Of a stretch of 35,553 nt of DNA, positions 10,101 to 19,854 are shown one piece after another. The DNA is from Aduncisulcus paluster (lineage: Eukaryota), in assembly GCA_024181965.1 (NCBI GenBank), contig BQXS01011679.1:1-35553 (forward strand), written 5' to 3'. The translations under genes were made by a program, and so were the position numbers. The notes under the pieces are model-generated. The model was not told where the DNA came from, did no database searches, and saw only the letters and a program-made list of their open reading frames with translations. Positions within the stretch are counted from its first letter, which is position 1. Each line of letters starts with the position of its first letter.

Positions 10101-11282
10101 CCTCGATTTTTTCTCTATTTTTGAATCAATTTTTATCATTGAGGTTTCTTTTTTAGAAACAGATACCTTTTCGATTAAATATGAGCGACTTGCCTCAGAA
10201 ATATACTCAGGTACATCCCCAGTAGAAAACGAACCACCTTTATCATCCAACCCTTCCCCCAATTCAGGAAGTAAGAATGAAACAGAATCAATTAGGGTAT
10301 GGGCAGTAATAAAATCCAACCGTTTTTCTGGCCTTCTGTTTGTAAAATGATAAAAAATGGTTTTAAAAATCTTATATACTGATTTTAAAGTCGTCCCCTT
10401 CATTTTTTTAATTTTTTGATATTGCGGATTTGGTTTTAAATCAGGCAAATGTGTAATATCTTCCATAAAGGTGCAAAGTTTTCTGGAAAACCCAACAATA
10501 TCATCACTTTGAGAAATCGGGCATAATTTCTGGAAAGGAATTGCAAAATCATTAAATATTGACCAAAAAGTAAGCCCAGTTGCCCACACATCACTTTGAG
10601 TTGTTGCCTTTCCACTAAGAATATGTTCGGGGGCAAAATAATAGAGGGAACGATCAGAAGAGAGATCACTGATTGTTGCCCATTGACCAATGGCATCACA
10701 TTCATTTTTCCAAGTAGATATATTGAAATCATTAAATACAATTGAATATTGTCCGATTCTTGATTGAATTTTACGAAAAAACTCTCGGGAGATATTGACC
10801 CAAAAATAAAAGTAGGAACCTTTTTGATAATATTTGCAAGGCATTTAATGACAGAAAAACATATTGACACCATTCTTTCAGGCCGAGGTTTTGAAGTTCC
10901 CACACCAGCCCAAATTTTAGAAAACCAAGGTAAAGGTCCCCCCAAACAAAACTCCGAACATATTCCAATTGAAGCACAACTATCCATAGAAGATTTAAAG
11001 GCAAATACTTTCAAAGGTCTTGGAATAAATAACTTGAGGTGTCTGTAAAGTCGTTGAAGAAAAAAGTTGACGGAGGTGCAAATGCTGTGATGCACCATGT
11101 TTAAAGAGTATTAAAACACATGGAAATGATTTTTCACGTTCTGAGTCCAAATAATTTACAAGAATGTGCTCAAAATAATTGTTTGAGGATAAAGTAGCAA
11201 TTGGTGTAAATTCCGCCCTATTATGAGTTATAAAATCTTTGTATTCTTTAAAATACTCATCAAAAACTCTATAAGAATCCAT
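7122..11282 (-). CDS. Tandem protein kinase: N-terminal pseudokinase (frameshifted) plus two Ser/Thr kinase domains
   Basis: Domain 2: GWGNFG / CVLKK / HRDIKPDN / DFG / SPE / DAYSLG. Domain 3: GAGGFG / HRDIKPEN / DLG / APE / DGWSVG. Domain 1 is spread over ORFs 10995..11282, 10436..11098 and 7122..10844 (SEFCLGG, GSISPESFFV, NDFN, APE, SDVWATG). True start is uncertain: the frame is open to ~11411 without an ATG. Confidence 0.85.
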
Positions 11283-11549
11283 TTCAATTGAGATATCCTC
11301 AAGAAAATCAGAAAGCTTTTTTTCGCACGAAACAGAGCCTCGGTTTGTCTGAGACGGTCTCAGTGATATCAGGCTGAGACAACTCGTCTTTGATTCCGAA
11401 TTAGCAATGAGTTATTCTTTATTTTTTTTATTTATTTATTTTTTTTTTTGCGATTTAAATGAATACTATAACTTCTATAAGATGGTAAACATCAGTATAG
11501 AGAGAATGATCGAGGTGGACGGGATCTTAGAATATGAAAAATTTTAATA

Positions 11550-14500
11550 TTATTTACAGAACTTCAAAACGAGAGGTATTAGCATGAGAATCAGACTCAG
11601 GACCAATATCAATAAGGATGTAGTGAGTTGGGATTGAGGGATAGGATACGATGGTTCAGAATTGACAATCTTTGACACTGAACTCGAGGCTAACATTGAT
11701 TTCACAACGAATACAGGGTTGTCAGAGATTCCTGAATCGATATCATCGACATCAATTCCTGTTCCAAGAGAAAAACTAGCCGTTGGCATGACTCCACAGA
11801 CAACCGATTCAGAAACTGCATCAGAAGAGACACTATAAGAGGCTGTAGCACATGCAGCAGAGACAGAGGAAGGCGGGTTTTCTATAGCAATGGCATATAA
11901 ATTTGAAGGAGTGATGGAGAACACATGGATAGTTGTGTCATTATCGCTGAGGGTGGAAAGAGTACAAGTTGAAGACATTTCAACATAAGTATAGGCAATA
12001 CGATCGCTAGAAGACATTTTCACGGGAGTATCCACAACAGAAACATCGAATTGATAATAAGTTGACGAAACACAACCATCAGAATCACACAAAACACTGG
12101 AGGCTTCAACCAACACATCAGCATCATAGAGCGACATGAAGACAAGAGGAGACACCTCACCCACGAAGAGTTCATCTCCAGCGGCTGTAGTTTCAGTCAG
12201 GAGGTCATCCTCATCAGCAACAGAAGAAAACAGAACCATACCATTGTGAGTCAACAAATAACACTGCCATTCCCCATCAACACCTTCCCAAACACTATCG
12301 GTGAACGTATCGGTTAAAATATCACGTATAAATTGAGCGGTATTGACAGCAAACACTTCATCAAACAGAGAGTCTCTGCGACTCAATGAGAAGGAGTGAA
12401 CTGATGTACCAGTGTAAACAAATGGAGCACTGAAGACCAATTCATAGTTGGCATACAGACTGGACACGAACCAAGGTCTTTCTCGTACATCGAATGACCT
12501 ACCTTGGTTGAAACCGGGCATTGAGAAATAAGCACCCCGAGGTGTTCCCCACCCAGCTCCGAACATATAAGTCTGCCAAATATCATCATCTTCAAAGCTT
12601 GCAACCAGAGTAGGATAAACGATAGAACTTATCAGAGAATCATTAATGACATCCTTTGTAAAGATAGAGGCGAGTTCTGTATCAGAGGTTTCATCAACGA
12701 AAGGTCTCGAAAGATCACTGATAGCCCTTTGATAGTACGCTTGAGTCATTCCTTCTTGGTCAGTTCTGAAAGGATTGTTCTCTGATCCCAACTCTGACTC
12801 GATCACATCCTCACGATGCTCATCAACAGGAATATGCGTGGTCACGTGAGATCTGACAGCATAGAGACTACTACGAAGATCATCAACAGGATATACTTCG
12901 GAACCAAGAACATATTCGTACTCAGTTTGGATAGATGTTGGGGCCTCCTCAAAGTAAGTGTAAACACTATCATTATAACATGGAGTTTCCTCAGCAACTG
13001 GATCATCCACATTGATATCTGAACATTTAGAACTTGGAACATTAATAATACTCTTTGTAATATCGTCATCACTCAAACAAAACACAATGACCATATCCAT
13101 ACCATCGATTGAATGCCAGTAATAATGAACGATATTGGCAACCGTGGAAGGGACAGAAAGGACAGGTCGCCCACGTTTGAGAGCCTTCACACTCCCTTCA
13201 TTCATTCGAAGTCTAGAAACAGATCCAACAACACTCTCCGTGAAAGCAGTACCACCGGTATCAGGACCAGTTGTGGTTAGATCAGAGCTAGTTCCACTAA
13301 TCCAGGCAGAATCAAAGACCTCAAGCTGGTCAACATCAACATTAGCACTGGTGGCATTCGTATATGAAGATAATGACGGATGAGCAATGAGCCTACCACT
13401 GGTCCTTGAATAAATACTGGAATATGAGAACATGGACAGACGAGAGACATCAAATAGCTCAATCAAATCCATACCACTGATCTCAGCAAATTGAACCCCG
13501 AGAAGACCACGGGAAATATTCACTTCACTGAAAATAGGGGAGGCCATAACTATCGATGGCCGTCTGAAGAACATATCAGGAGTATCATATATCACTGTTG
13601 AGGGCATATTTTCCATAGCAAGAGTGACACTGCACATTTTCCCACCTGAAATCTCATCAGTGGTCATCTCACTCTCTTCACAGGCACCGTACCGTCTGAA
13701 TGTGGAGAAACACAGAACACTGGAGAACTGCATGTAACGTTGGTGCACGGTTTTAATCATATTTCCCGCAGAAGTTGCCGGGAACAAGTTCAGATCTGGC
13801 TCAACTGTTGAGTCAACACTCCAAAGATCGTAGAATTTCTTTACATCAACATTTTCACGGTACCCACCGTTACTATCACAAGCATGAAGAATGATATAGT
13901 CAGTCTTCTCCATGGCAGCAGCATATGCACCACTAGAGCTGATATATGACTGTCTTTTAGCTTCTGCAGCAGTTGTGAGCCGTATAAAGGTTGGGGTAAT
14001 ATGGAACATTGGGCGTGCAGAGTTAATGCTATCCATTACAAGTTGGAGAGACTGAGGAACAGTACTTCCGAGTGAGAGAACGATGACCTGGAGAGGAGAG
14101 TATAGAGGGAGAGGACGAACACTTGAGAGATCATCACGTTGGGAAGTACTACTTCCATCAATGGTCTCCCTACGCTCCTTAAATACAGTGCCAATGTCAA
14201 TAGATACATCAATAGCACCATGAAGCATGGCAGAAGCAACTTTATAGGCTTGGATGAGAGGTGATTGTTCATCAGTGGCGGCCACAGTGTATGTGTAATC
14301 CTCAGCATCGTGCTGAGAGAGTTTTGTGGGGGTTAGGGCGTCGAAATATGTGGATAATAGACTTAATTCTTGATTCTTATTCCTTGAGCTAGCATTTACA
14401 AGCCCAGGAACCGTGGCAGACATATCATCCTGATCCACACATGTATCAGTATCGACAATTGCACCAGTTAATGTTCCATCTGTGGAAATAACGCTGAAAT

Positions 14501-15407
14501 AATCACTCTCAGTCATGCCTCCAATAATACTATTTGCCATCATCCTTACGAGATCGATGGCAGCTTCAATGAGCTCAGAGTCACTCGTTAGTGCCGCACT
14601 GATGGCAGCATCAACAGTCACATCTAAAATAACAACAACTCCTCGGCGGGTACCAAAAGTAGCGGCAGATCTGTAAGCTGGGAGAGAAACAGGATCCATT
14701 TCTGCTCTTTGCGAAAGATCATTGGGTAAAATTGATGACAAATAATGTGCAGCTGGGTAGTATATCATTCCTCCGCGACTACTTATAATTCCGGCCAACA
14801 TAGTAGCTCCTTTGCGAGAAGAACAGGAATATACAAAAGTATCGGATAGTTCACAATAATCTGCGGAATCTTCAAAAATATCAACGAGAAGTTGTTCATA
14901 TGAAGATCTAGCGAGAGCTTCAATAATCTCAGAACATAAGGTAGCAGAGAGAGAAGAATCACAAAAAGAAGCCAATGACGCCGCATGATCTAATAAATCT
15001 CCATCTTGATTTTGAAAAAACGAATAATCCATTGAGGAATCAATATAATCATCGCCAAGTGCCTTAGTACCGTCGAGAGTATCTGCAACCTCATCAACTT
15101 CCTCACCATTGAGAATAAGACGCGATTGAGTAGTAAGGGCTTTAATTCCCGAATAAACGTGTTCCATAATGGCTGCTACACCAGTTTGAATATCATAAAT
15201 AATCTCATTTCCATCAAGTGTCTGATAAGTTGCACCAAGCTTATTCATCACAACCCCGATATCATCAATTGGAATAGCAGTTGATATCATTGTTTCACAT
15301 TGTTGAGCAAGATTATATGGCTCAAGGGCCAACTCACTAATCTCAAGACAAATAACTGAAAGAAAACATATTAATATTGAAATAAAAAAGTAAAAATTAC
15401 TTTTCAT
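11550..15407 (-). CDS. alpha2delta / CACHD1-like cell-surface protein (signal peptide, Cache domains, VWA-like insert, C-terminal hydrophobic anchor), 1285 aa
   Basis: N-terminal signal peptide; VVVILD...DYFSVIS VWA-like strands; GRLIAHPSL and CYLLTHNGMVLFS Cache strands; FDVRERPWF...VFSAPF dCache motif; terminal LLILVLSLILMLIPLVL. Confidence 0.75.
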   Translation of the reverse strand: MKSNFYFFISILICFLSVICLEISELALEPYNLAQQCETMISTAIPIDDIGVVMNKLGATYQTLDGNEIIYDIQTGVAAIMEHVYSGIKALTTQSRLILNGEEVDEVADTLDGTKALGDDYIDSSMDYSFFQNQDGDLLDHAASLASFCDSSLSATLCSEIIEALARSSYEQLLVDIFEDSADYCELSDTFVYSCSSRKGATMLAGIISSRGGMIYYPAAHYLSSILPNDLSQRAEMDPVSLPAYRSAATFGTRRGVVVILDVTVDAAISAALTSDSELIEAAIDLVRMMANSIIGGMTESDYFSVISTDGTLTGAIVDTDTCVDQDDMSATVPGLVNASSRNKNQELSLLSTYFDALTPTKLSQHDAEDYTYTVAATDEQSPLIQAYKVASAMLHGAIDVSIDIGTVFKERRETIDGSSTSQRDDLSSVRPLPLYSPLQVIVLSLGSTVPQSLQLVMDSINSARPMFHITPTFIRLTTAAEAKRQSYISSSGAYAAAMEKTDYIILHACDSNGGYRENVDVKKFYDLWSVDSTVEPDLNLFPATSAGNMIKTVHQRYMQFSSVLCFSTFRRYGACEESEMTTDEISGGKMCSVTLAMENMPSTVIYDTPDMFFRRPSIVMASPIFSEVNISRGLLGVQFAEISGMDLIELFDVSRLSMFSYSSIYSRTSGRLIAHPSLSSYTNATSANVDVDQLEVFDSAWISGTSSDLTTTGPDTGGTAFTESVVGSVSRLRMNEGSVKALKRGRPVLSVPSTVANIVHYYWHSIDGMDMVIVFCLSDDDITKSIINVPSSKCSDINVDDPVAEETPCYNDSVYTYFEEAPTSIQTEYEYVLGSEVYPVDDLRSSLYAVRSHVTTHIPVDEHREDVIESELGSENNPFRTDQEGMTQAYYQRAISDLSRPFVDETSDTELASIFTKDVINDSLISSIVYPTLVASFEDDDIWQTYMFGAGWGTPRGAYFSMPGFNQGRSFDVRERPWFVSSLYANYELVFSAPFVYTGTSVHSFSLSRRDSLFDEVFAVNTAQFIRDILTDTFTDSVWEGVDGEWQCYLLTHNGMVLFSSVADEDDLLTETTAAGDELFVGEVSPLVFMSLYDADVLVEASSVLCDSDGCVSSTYYQFDVSVVDTPVKMSSSDRIAYTYVEMSSTCTLSTLSDNDTTIHVFSITPSNLYAIAIENPPSSVSAACATASYSVSSDAVSESVVCGVMPTASFSLGTGIDVDDIDSGISDNPVFVVKSMLASSSVSKIVNSEPSYPIPQSQLTTSLLILVLSLILMLIPLVLKFCK

Positions 15408-15824
15408 TCTATAAAAATAGACAAAAAAAGTATAAAAAAAGTTATGGCTTTAAACAAAACATATGATATGTGGCAACTTTTCTGTTTATCCCATAAGACA
15501 GTATAAAAAGATAAATTATAGGTTGTAATTATTTCATTGTTGTGTAAACAGAGATAAACCTTCTCGTTTTGTATACTTACCTTGAGATTTCAGGAGATAT
15601 GAACTAACTTCATTAAGCTCGATTCTGACGATAATTACTGGGGAAAGTTTCCATAAAAACTGTACAATTTGCTGCTTAAATCACATCAGCTGTTGTTTAT
15701 TTCGCTAGATAATTTTCTAATTTTAGAAATCAAGATCATTCCAAGATGGAAATGGCAAAGAAAAGGCATTTTGGAAAATCAATTGTATGTTTCAATTAAT
15801 ATTCTGTTTATTCTAACAAAAATG

Positions 15825-16232
15825 GAGGTTTTATATTTTTTTTAATACCTCTCAAACCACCCTTTCTTGACATATCTCACATCTGAATTTATTTCTCGAT
15901 TATTCCCATGTAAACATATTTTTATTATATATTTTTAAGTAGATGGGAAAACCAAGGAGCCATAAATCCCCAAAGCCAAGCAAAGGCGGGAAGAAGAAAC
16001 ATTCTTCTACTATGAAGGNNNNNNNNNNNNNNNNNNNNGAGGTTTTATATTTTTTTTAATACCTCTCAAACCACCCTTTCTTGACATATCTCACATCTGA
16101 ATTTATTTCTCGATTATTCCCATGTAAACATATTTTTATTATATATTTTTAAGTAGATGGGAAAACCAAGGAGCCATAAATCCCCAAAGCCAAGCAAAGG
16201 CGGGAAGAAGAAACATTCTTCTACTATGAAGG
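15825..16232. repeat. Assembly overlap: 15825-16018 duplicated as 16039-16232 across a 20-N gap
   Basis: Exact 194-bp duplication including the G3PDH start codon (15943 and 16157). Confidence 0.9.
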
Positions 16233-18046
16233 TTAAGAACGAAATCGTCAAGGATAAGAAAATTAAGGTGGAGAAAAACTCCAAATTTTCATGTATATCT
16301 TGCGTTAAGATCACATTACTCTCCGTTCTTGGTATCTTGCTTGGACTTTTTGGTGTCTATTTCTATCTTCGTAGACCTCGTGTGCCCGATTATGGAATTG
16401 GTTACGCTCCCCTTCTTCAGTTGCCCAAACGTGAGGAACTTATTTCTAGATTAAAATCTGATGAATTTGATATCGTTTTTATTGGTGGTGGCGCTTCTGG
16501 AACTGCTGCTGCTGTTGATGCTGCTTCCCGTGGATTGAACGTTGCTGTGATTGAATGGGAAGACTATGGACAAGGAACAAGTTCTCGTTCCACCAAACTC
16601 TTGCACGGAGGAGTTCGTTACCTTAGGAAGGCCCTCGAGCGTCATGATCTCAAACAACTTCTCTTCGTTTTTGATGCTTTGGAGCAGAGAGCTGTCATGT
16701 TTGACCAAGCTCCTCACCTCACCGAGCCTCGTCCCATTTTAACCCCCTTATATGATGAGGAAGAAGTGAAATTCAACAAACTCTTGCTAAAGCTCTACGA
16801 TTGGATTGCTATCCCCAAACTTGAGAACTCCTACTTCCTCACTGCCGAGGAATCCTTGAAAGAATATCCCATGCTCAAGGCTGAGGATCTTCTTGGATCT
16901 ATGGTTTATTACGATGGGCAATTCGATGATAGTAGATATGATCTTGCTCTTGCTATGAAAGCCATTGAGATGGGTGCCGTGTCTGTCAATCATTCCAAGG
17001 TTATTGACATTCTTAAGGATGAAGAGAACATGGTGAACGGTGTTACCGTTGAAGACCAAGTCTCTGGTGAAATGTACTCTGTTAAGGCCAAAGCTGTTGT
17101 GAACACAACCGGTCATTTTGCCGACGAGGTTCGTCTTATGGATAACGCTGAAGCCAAGAGTGTTCTTACCGCTGCCTGTGGAACTCACATTGTTATCGAT
17201 GGTGAATACAGCAACCCCAACACTGGTGTTTTGATTCCTAAGACTGACGATGGACGTGTTATCTTCTTGCTCCCATGGAAGGGTCACACCCTTGTTGGAA
17301 CCACCAATCACGATTGCAGTGTTACCAACAACCCAAGACCTACTGAGAAAGAGATTGAATACATTATTGAGCATATCAACCGTTACTCTGAGAGTGTTGT
17401 CACTAGAAAGGACGTTCTCAGTGCCTGGAGTGGTATCAGACCTCTTAAGAAGGTTGAAGATGAGGGTGACAGTGCCCAGGTTAGTAGAGAACATGCCATC
17501 TATGTCTCTCCATCCAATTTGATGACCCTTGTCGGAGGGAAGTGGACCACCACCATGAAAATGGGTAAGGACATTGTTGACAGAGCTCTTTCTGTCGCTG
17601 ATATTAAATGCAAGAACAAGAGTCACACTCGTGGCATCAAGCTCGTCGGTGCTTCTGAATACAATCCTGACTTCGAGAACACCCTTGTATCCATGTTCGG
17701 AGAGAAGGGAATCACCAAGGTTGTTGCCCACCACCTCATGGAGACATATGGAGACCAGGCCAAGTATCTCCTTGATTCTTGCCACGATCTGACTGAGGAT
17801 GGAAAATTCACTCGTTTGGTCGCTGGTCACCCTTACTTGAAATGTGAGGTTAGACATGCTGTCAAGAATGAATACGCACTCACCCCTGTTGATTTCTTAT
17901 CCTTGAGAATCCGTTTGGCTCTTTTGGATAACAATGCCGCTCGTGAAGCTGTTCCTGTTGTTGTTGCCATCATGGCCGAAGAACTTGGATGGGATGAGGA
18001 AACTTCTGTTTTGATGACTCAAAATGCCTTGGAGTATCTAGTATAA
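16157..18046 (+). CDS. GPD2: FAD-dependent glycerol-3-phosphate dehydrogenase (GlpD/GPD2/Gut2 family), 629 aa, with N-terminal basic region and TM anchor
   Basis: FDIVFIGGGASG FAD motif, GTSSRSTKLLHGGVRYL, YYDGQFDDSR, DGRVIFLLPWKG, SAWSGIRPL, GGKWTT, EVRHAVKNEYA C-terminal domain. Confidence 0.95.
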   Translation: MGKPRSHKSPKPSKGGKKKHSSTMKVKNEIVKDKKIKVEKNSKFSCISCVKITLLSVLGILLGLFGVYFYLRRPRVPDYGIGYAPLLQLPKREELISRLKSDEFDIVFIGGGASGTAAAVDAASRGLNVAVIEWEDYGQGTSSRSTKLLHGGVRYLRKALERHDLKQLLFVFDALEQRAVMFDQAPHLTEPRPILTPLYDEEEVKFNKLLLKLYDWIAIPKLENSYFLTAEESLKEYPMLKAEDLLGSMVYYDGQFDDSRYDLALAMKAIEMGAVSVNHSKVIDILKDEENMVNGVTVEDQVSGEMYSVKAKAVVNTTGHFADEVRLMDNAEAKSVLTAACGTHIVIDGEYSNPNTGVLIPKTDDGRVIFLLPWKGHTLVGTTNHDCSVTNNPRPTEKEIEYIIEHINRYSESVVTRKDVLSAWSGIRPLKKVEDEGDSAQVSREHAIYVSPSNLMTLVGGKWTTTMKMGKDIVDRALSVADIKCKNKSHTRGIKLVGASEYNPDFENTLVSMFGEKGITKVVAHHLMETYGDQAKYLLDSCHDLTEDGKFTRLVAGHPYLKCEVRHAVKNEYALTPVDFLSLRIRLALLDNNAAREAVPVVVAIMAEELGWDEETSVLMTQNALEYLV

Positions 18047-18240
18047 TTTATATAATAATCAAAGTGTCCCGCAAATAAATCTGAGATTTAAAATCTCTCA
18101 CGAAAAAAAAAAGTCTATGTGTATTAGAATATTTATATCTTGTATAAATAACATTTTATTTTTCATTTTGCCCATCTACTTTAATTTGAAGTCAAGTTAT
18201 TTTGTCTGAGTTTTTCTCCTTCGATAGATAGCTTTGAAAA

Positions 18241-19623
18241 ATGGTATCCTTAGATATGTTAATTCCAATCATCCTAAATGCTTCCGGAGGGTTGAATTTT
18301 GGATACAATCTGACGAATGCAACGGATGTCATTTCTGTCCTGGATGATCAATATGGATGGGGAATATCCAGTCTTGAGCAAGAAATTATAACTTCCGGTT
18401 TAATTTTAGGTTGTTGTATTAGTTCTTTTACTGCTGGTTGGTTAGCTGATCGTTTTGGAAGAAAGTGGATTATTATTGCATCAGCAATATTATCTACTTT
18501 CGGATGTCTCATTTCCATGGCATCATGGGAAGTGGTGTCAATGACTATTTTCCGTTTTGTCATTGGTTTGGGTGTTGGTGCAATGAGTGCTGTTGTTCCC
18601 ATGTGGACTGGTGAAATGGTTAATTCCAACATTCGAGGATTCATGACAGGATTTTTCCAAATTATGGTTACAGTTGGAATCATGATAGCCTATCTTGTTG
18701 GATATGCTATAAAGAAAACATATAATTGGAGAGCCTCATATGGATGTGGTGGTCTTTTTGCCTTTGTGTCTGTTGTTTGTGTGTTTTGGATTCGTGAAAG
18801 TACAACATGGGAAAAGAAGGTCGGAAAAACTCAAACATCTCCATCTCTCCTTGAAGAAGAAGACAAGGAAGAAGAACCCAAAGAAATTGTTGGTGATGAA
18901 AAGGTTGAAGAGCAACCACCTGCCAATGTTTCATGGTCTGAATTGGCTAAAAACTATCCCATTTGCTTGACTATTGCAATTGTTATGCCCTTGGGTCAAC
19001 AATTGTGTGGTATTAATGCTCTAATCTTATATAGTACATCCATCTTTGAAAGTTGTGGATATTCAACTGATACAGCTAGTTTGATGGGTGTTTTTGGTGT
19101 TGGTATCGTCAACTTCGTGTGTACTGTTATTGGTGTTCCTCTCAGTGATAAATTAGGCCGTAGACCTCTTATGCTTGTTGGGTACACCCTGGTTGGTATT
19201 GGAAATCTCATTATGTTCGTTTCATTTAGTTGGTTACTTGATGATCCTACTACTTTAGCAGCTGTTGCCATCCCGGGTATTGTCATTTTCCTCTTTGGTT
19301 TTGAAATTGGTCCCGGTCCCCTATATTACATTGTTATGAGTGAACTCTTCCCTACAGAGATTAAAGCTAAGTGTTTTACTTTATGTAACCCTATATTATG
19401 GTTCTGTAATTTGCTTATCTCCATGTTCTTTATTTCTGTCAGTGATGCCATTGGAACAAATATTTGTTTCCTAATATTCGCAATTGTATCAATCGCTATG
19501 TTTATTATCCTCTTTAGTACCCTTCCAGAAACTAAAGGGAAAGACTTGAGTGAGATTCACAAAATGATGAAAAAATCTCATCCAGACTCTTTTTCTAAAG
19601 ATCCGTATGTAGAAATACTGTAA
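18241..19623 (+). CDS. MFS sugar porter family transporter, 460 aa
   Basis: GLNFGYN, ADRFGRK, RFVIGLGVG, RGFMTGFFQ, WRAS, QQLCGINALILY, DKLGRRPL, GPGPL, SELFP, LPETKG; about 12 hydrophobic segments. Confidence 0.95.
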   Translation: MVSLDMLIPIILNASGGLNFGYNLTNATDVISVLDDQYGWGISSLEQEIITSGLILGCCISSFTAGWLADRFGRKWIIIASAILSTFGCLISMASWEVVSMTIFRFVIGLGVGAMSAVVPMWTGEMVNSNIRGFMTGFFQIMVTVGIMIAYLVGYAIKKTYNWRASYGCGGLFAFVSVVCVFWIRESTTWEKKVGKTQTSPSLLEEEDKEEEPKEIVGDEKVEEQPPANVSWSELAKNYPICLTIAIVMPLGQQLCGINALILYSTSIFESCGYSTDTASLMGVFGVGIVNFVCTVIGVPLSDKLGRRPLMLVGYTLVGIGNLIMFVSFSWLLDDPTTLAAVAIPGIVIFLFGFEIGPGPLYYIVMSELFPTEIKAKCFTLCNPILWFCNLLISMFFISVSDAIGTNICFLIFAIVSIAMFIILFSTLPETKGKDLSEIHKMMKKSHPDSFSKDPYVEIL

Positions 19624-19854
19624 TCTTTTTTTAATGTTTTATTTATCTGTTTTTTACTCACTCTATGGCCCCCTTTTGTGAAGAGAGCTGCTGGAGGGAT
19701 TTTGATAACATAATAAATTCGTTCATTTTTTTTTGAAGTGATATATTGCTTAATAAATGGATCCCATTTAATAAAATTCGATTGATCTCTGATTCCAATC
19801 GTTTTTATCGATGAACAGCTTTTTTTGTTTTCAATCTGTTTTGTCAAGTATAGA

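Noticed and set aside
11349-11363. Palindrome CTGAGAC-G-GTCTCAG upstream of the kinase ATG
   Set aside because: A single 7-bp-arm palindrome is expected by chance in 35 kb, and it lies in an open frame that may be coding.
16787-17857. 356-aa antisense ORF within G3PDH
   Set aside because: It is codon-aligned with the sense gene, has no motifs, and is explained by sense-strand codon bias avoiding TTA/CTA/TCA.
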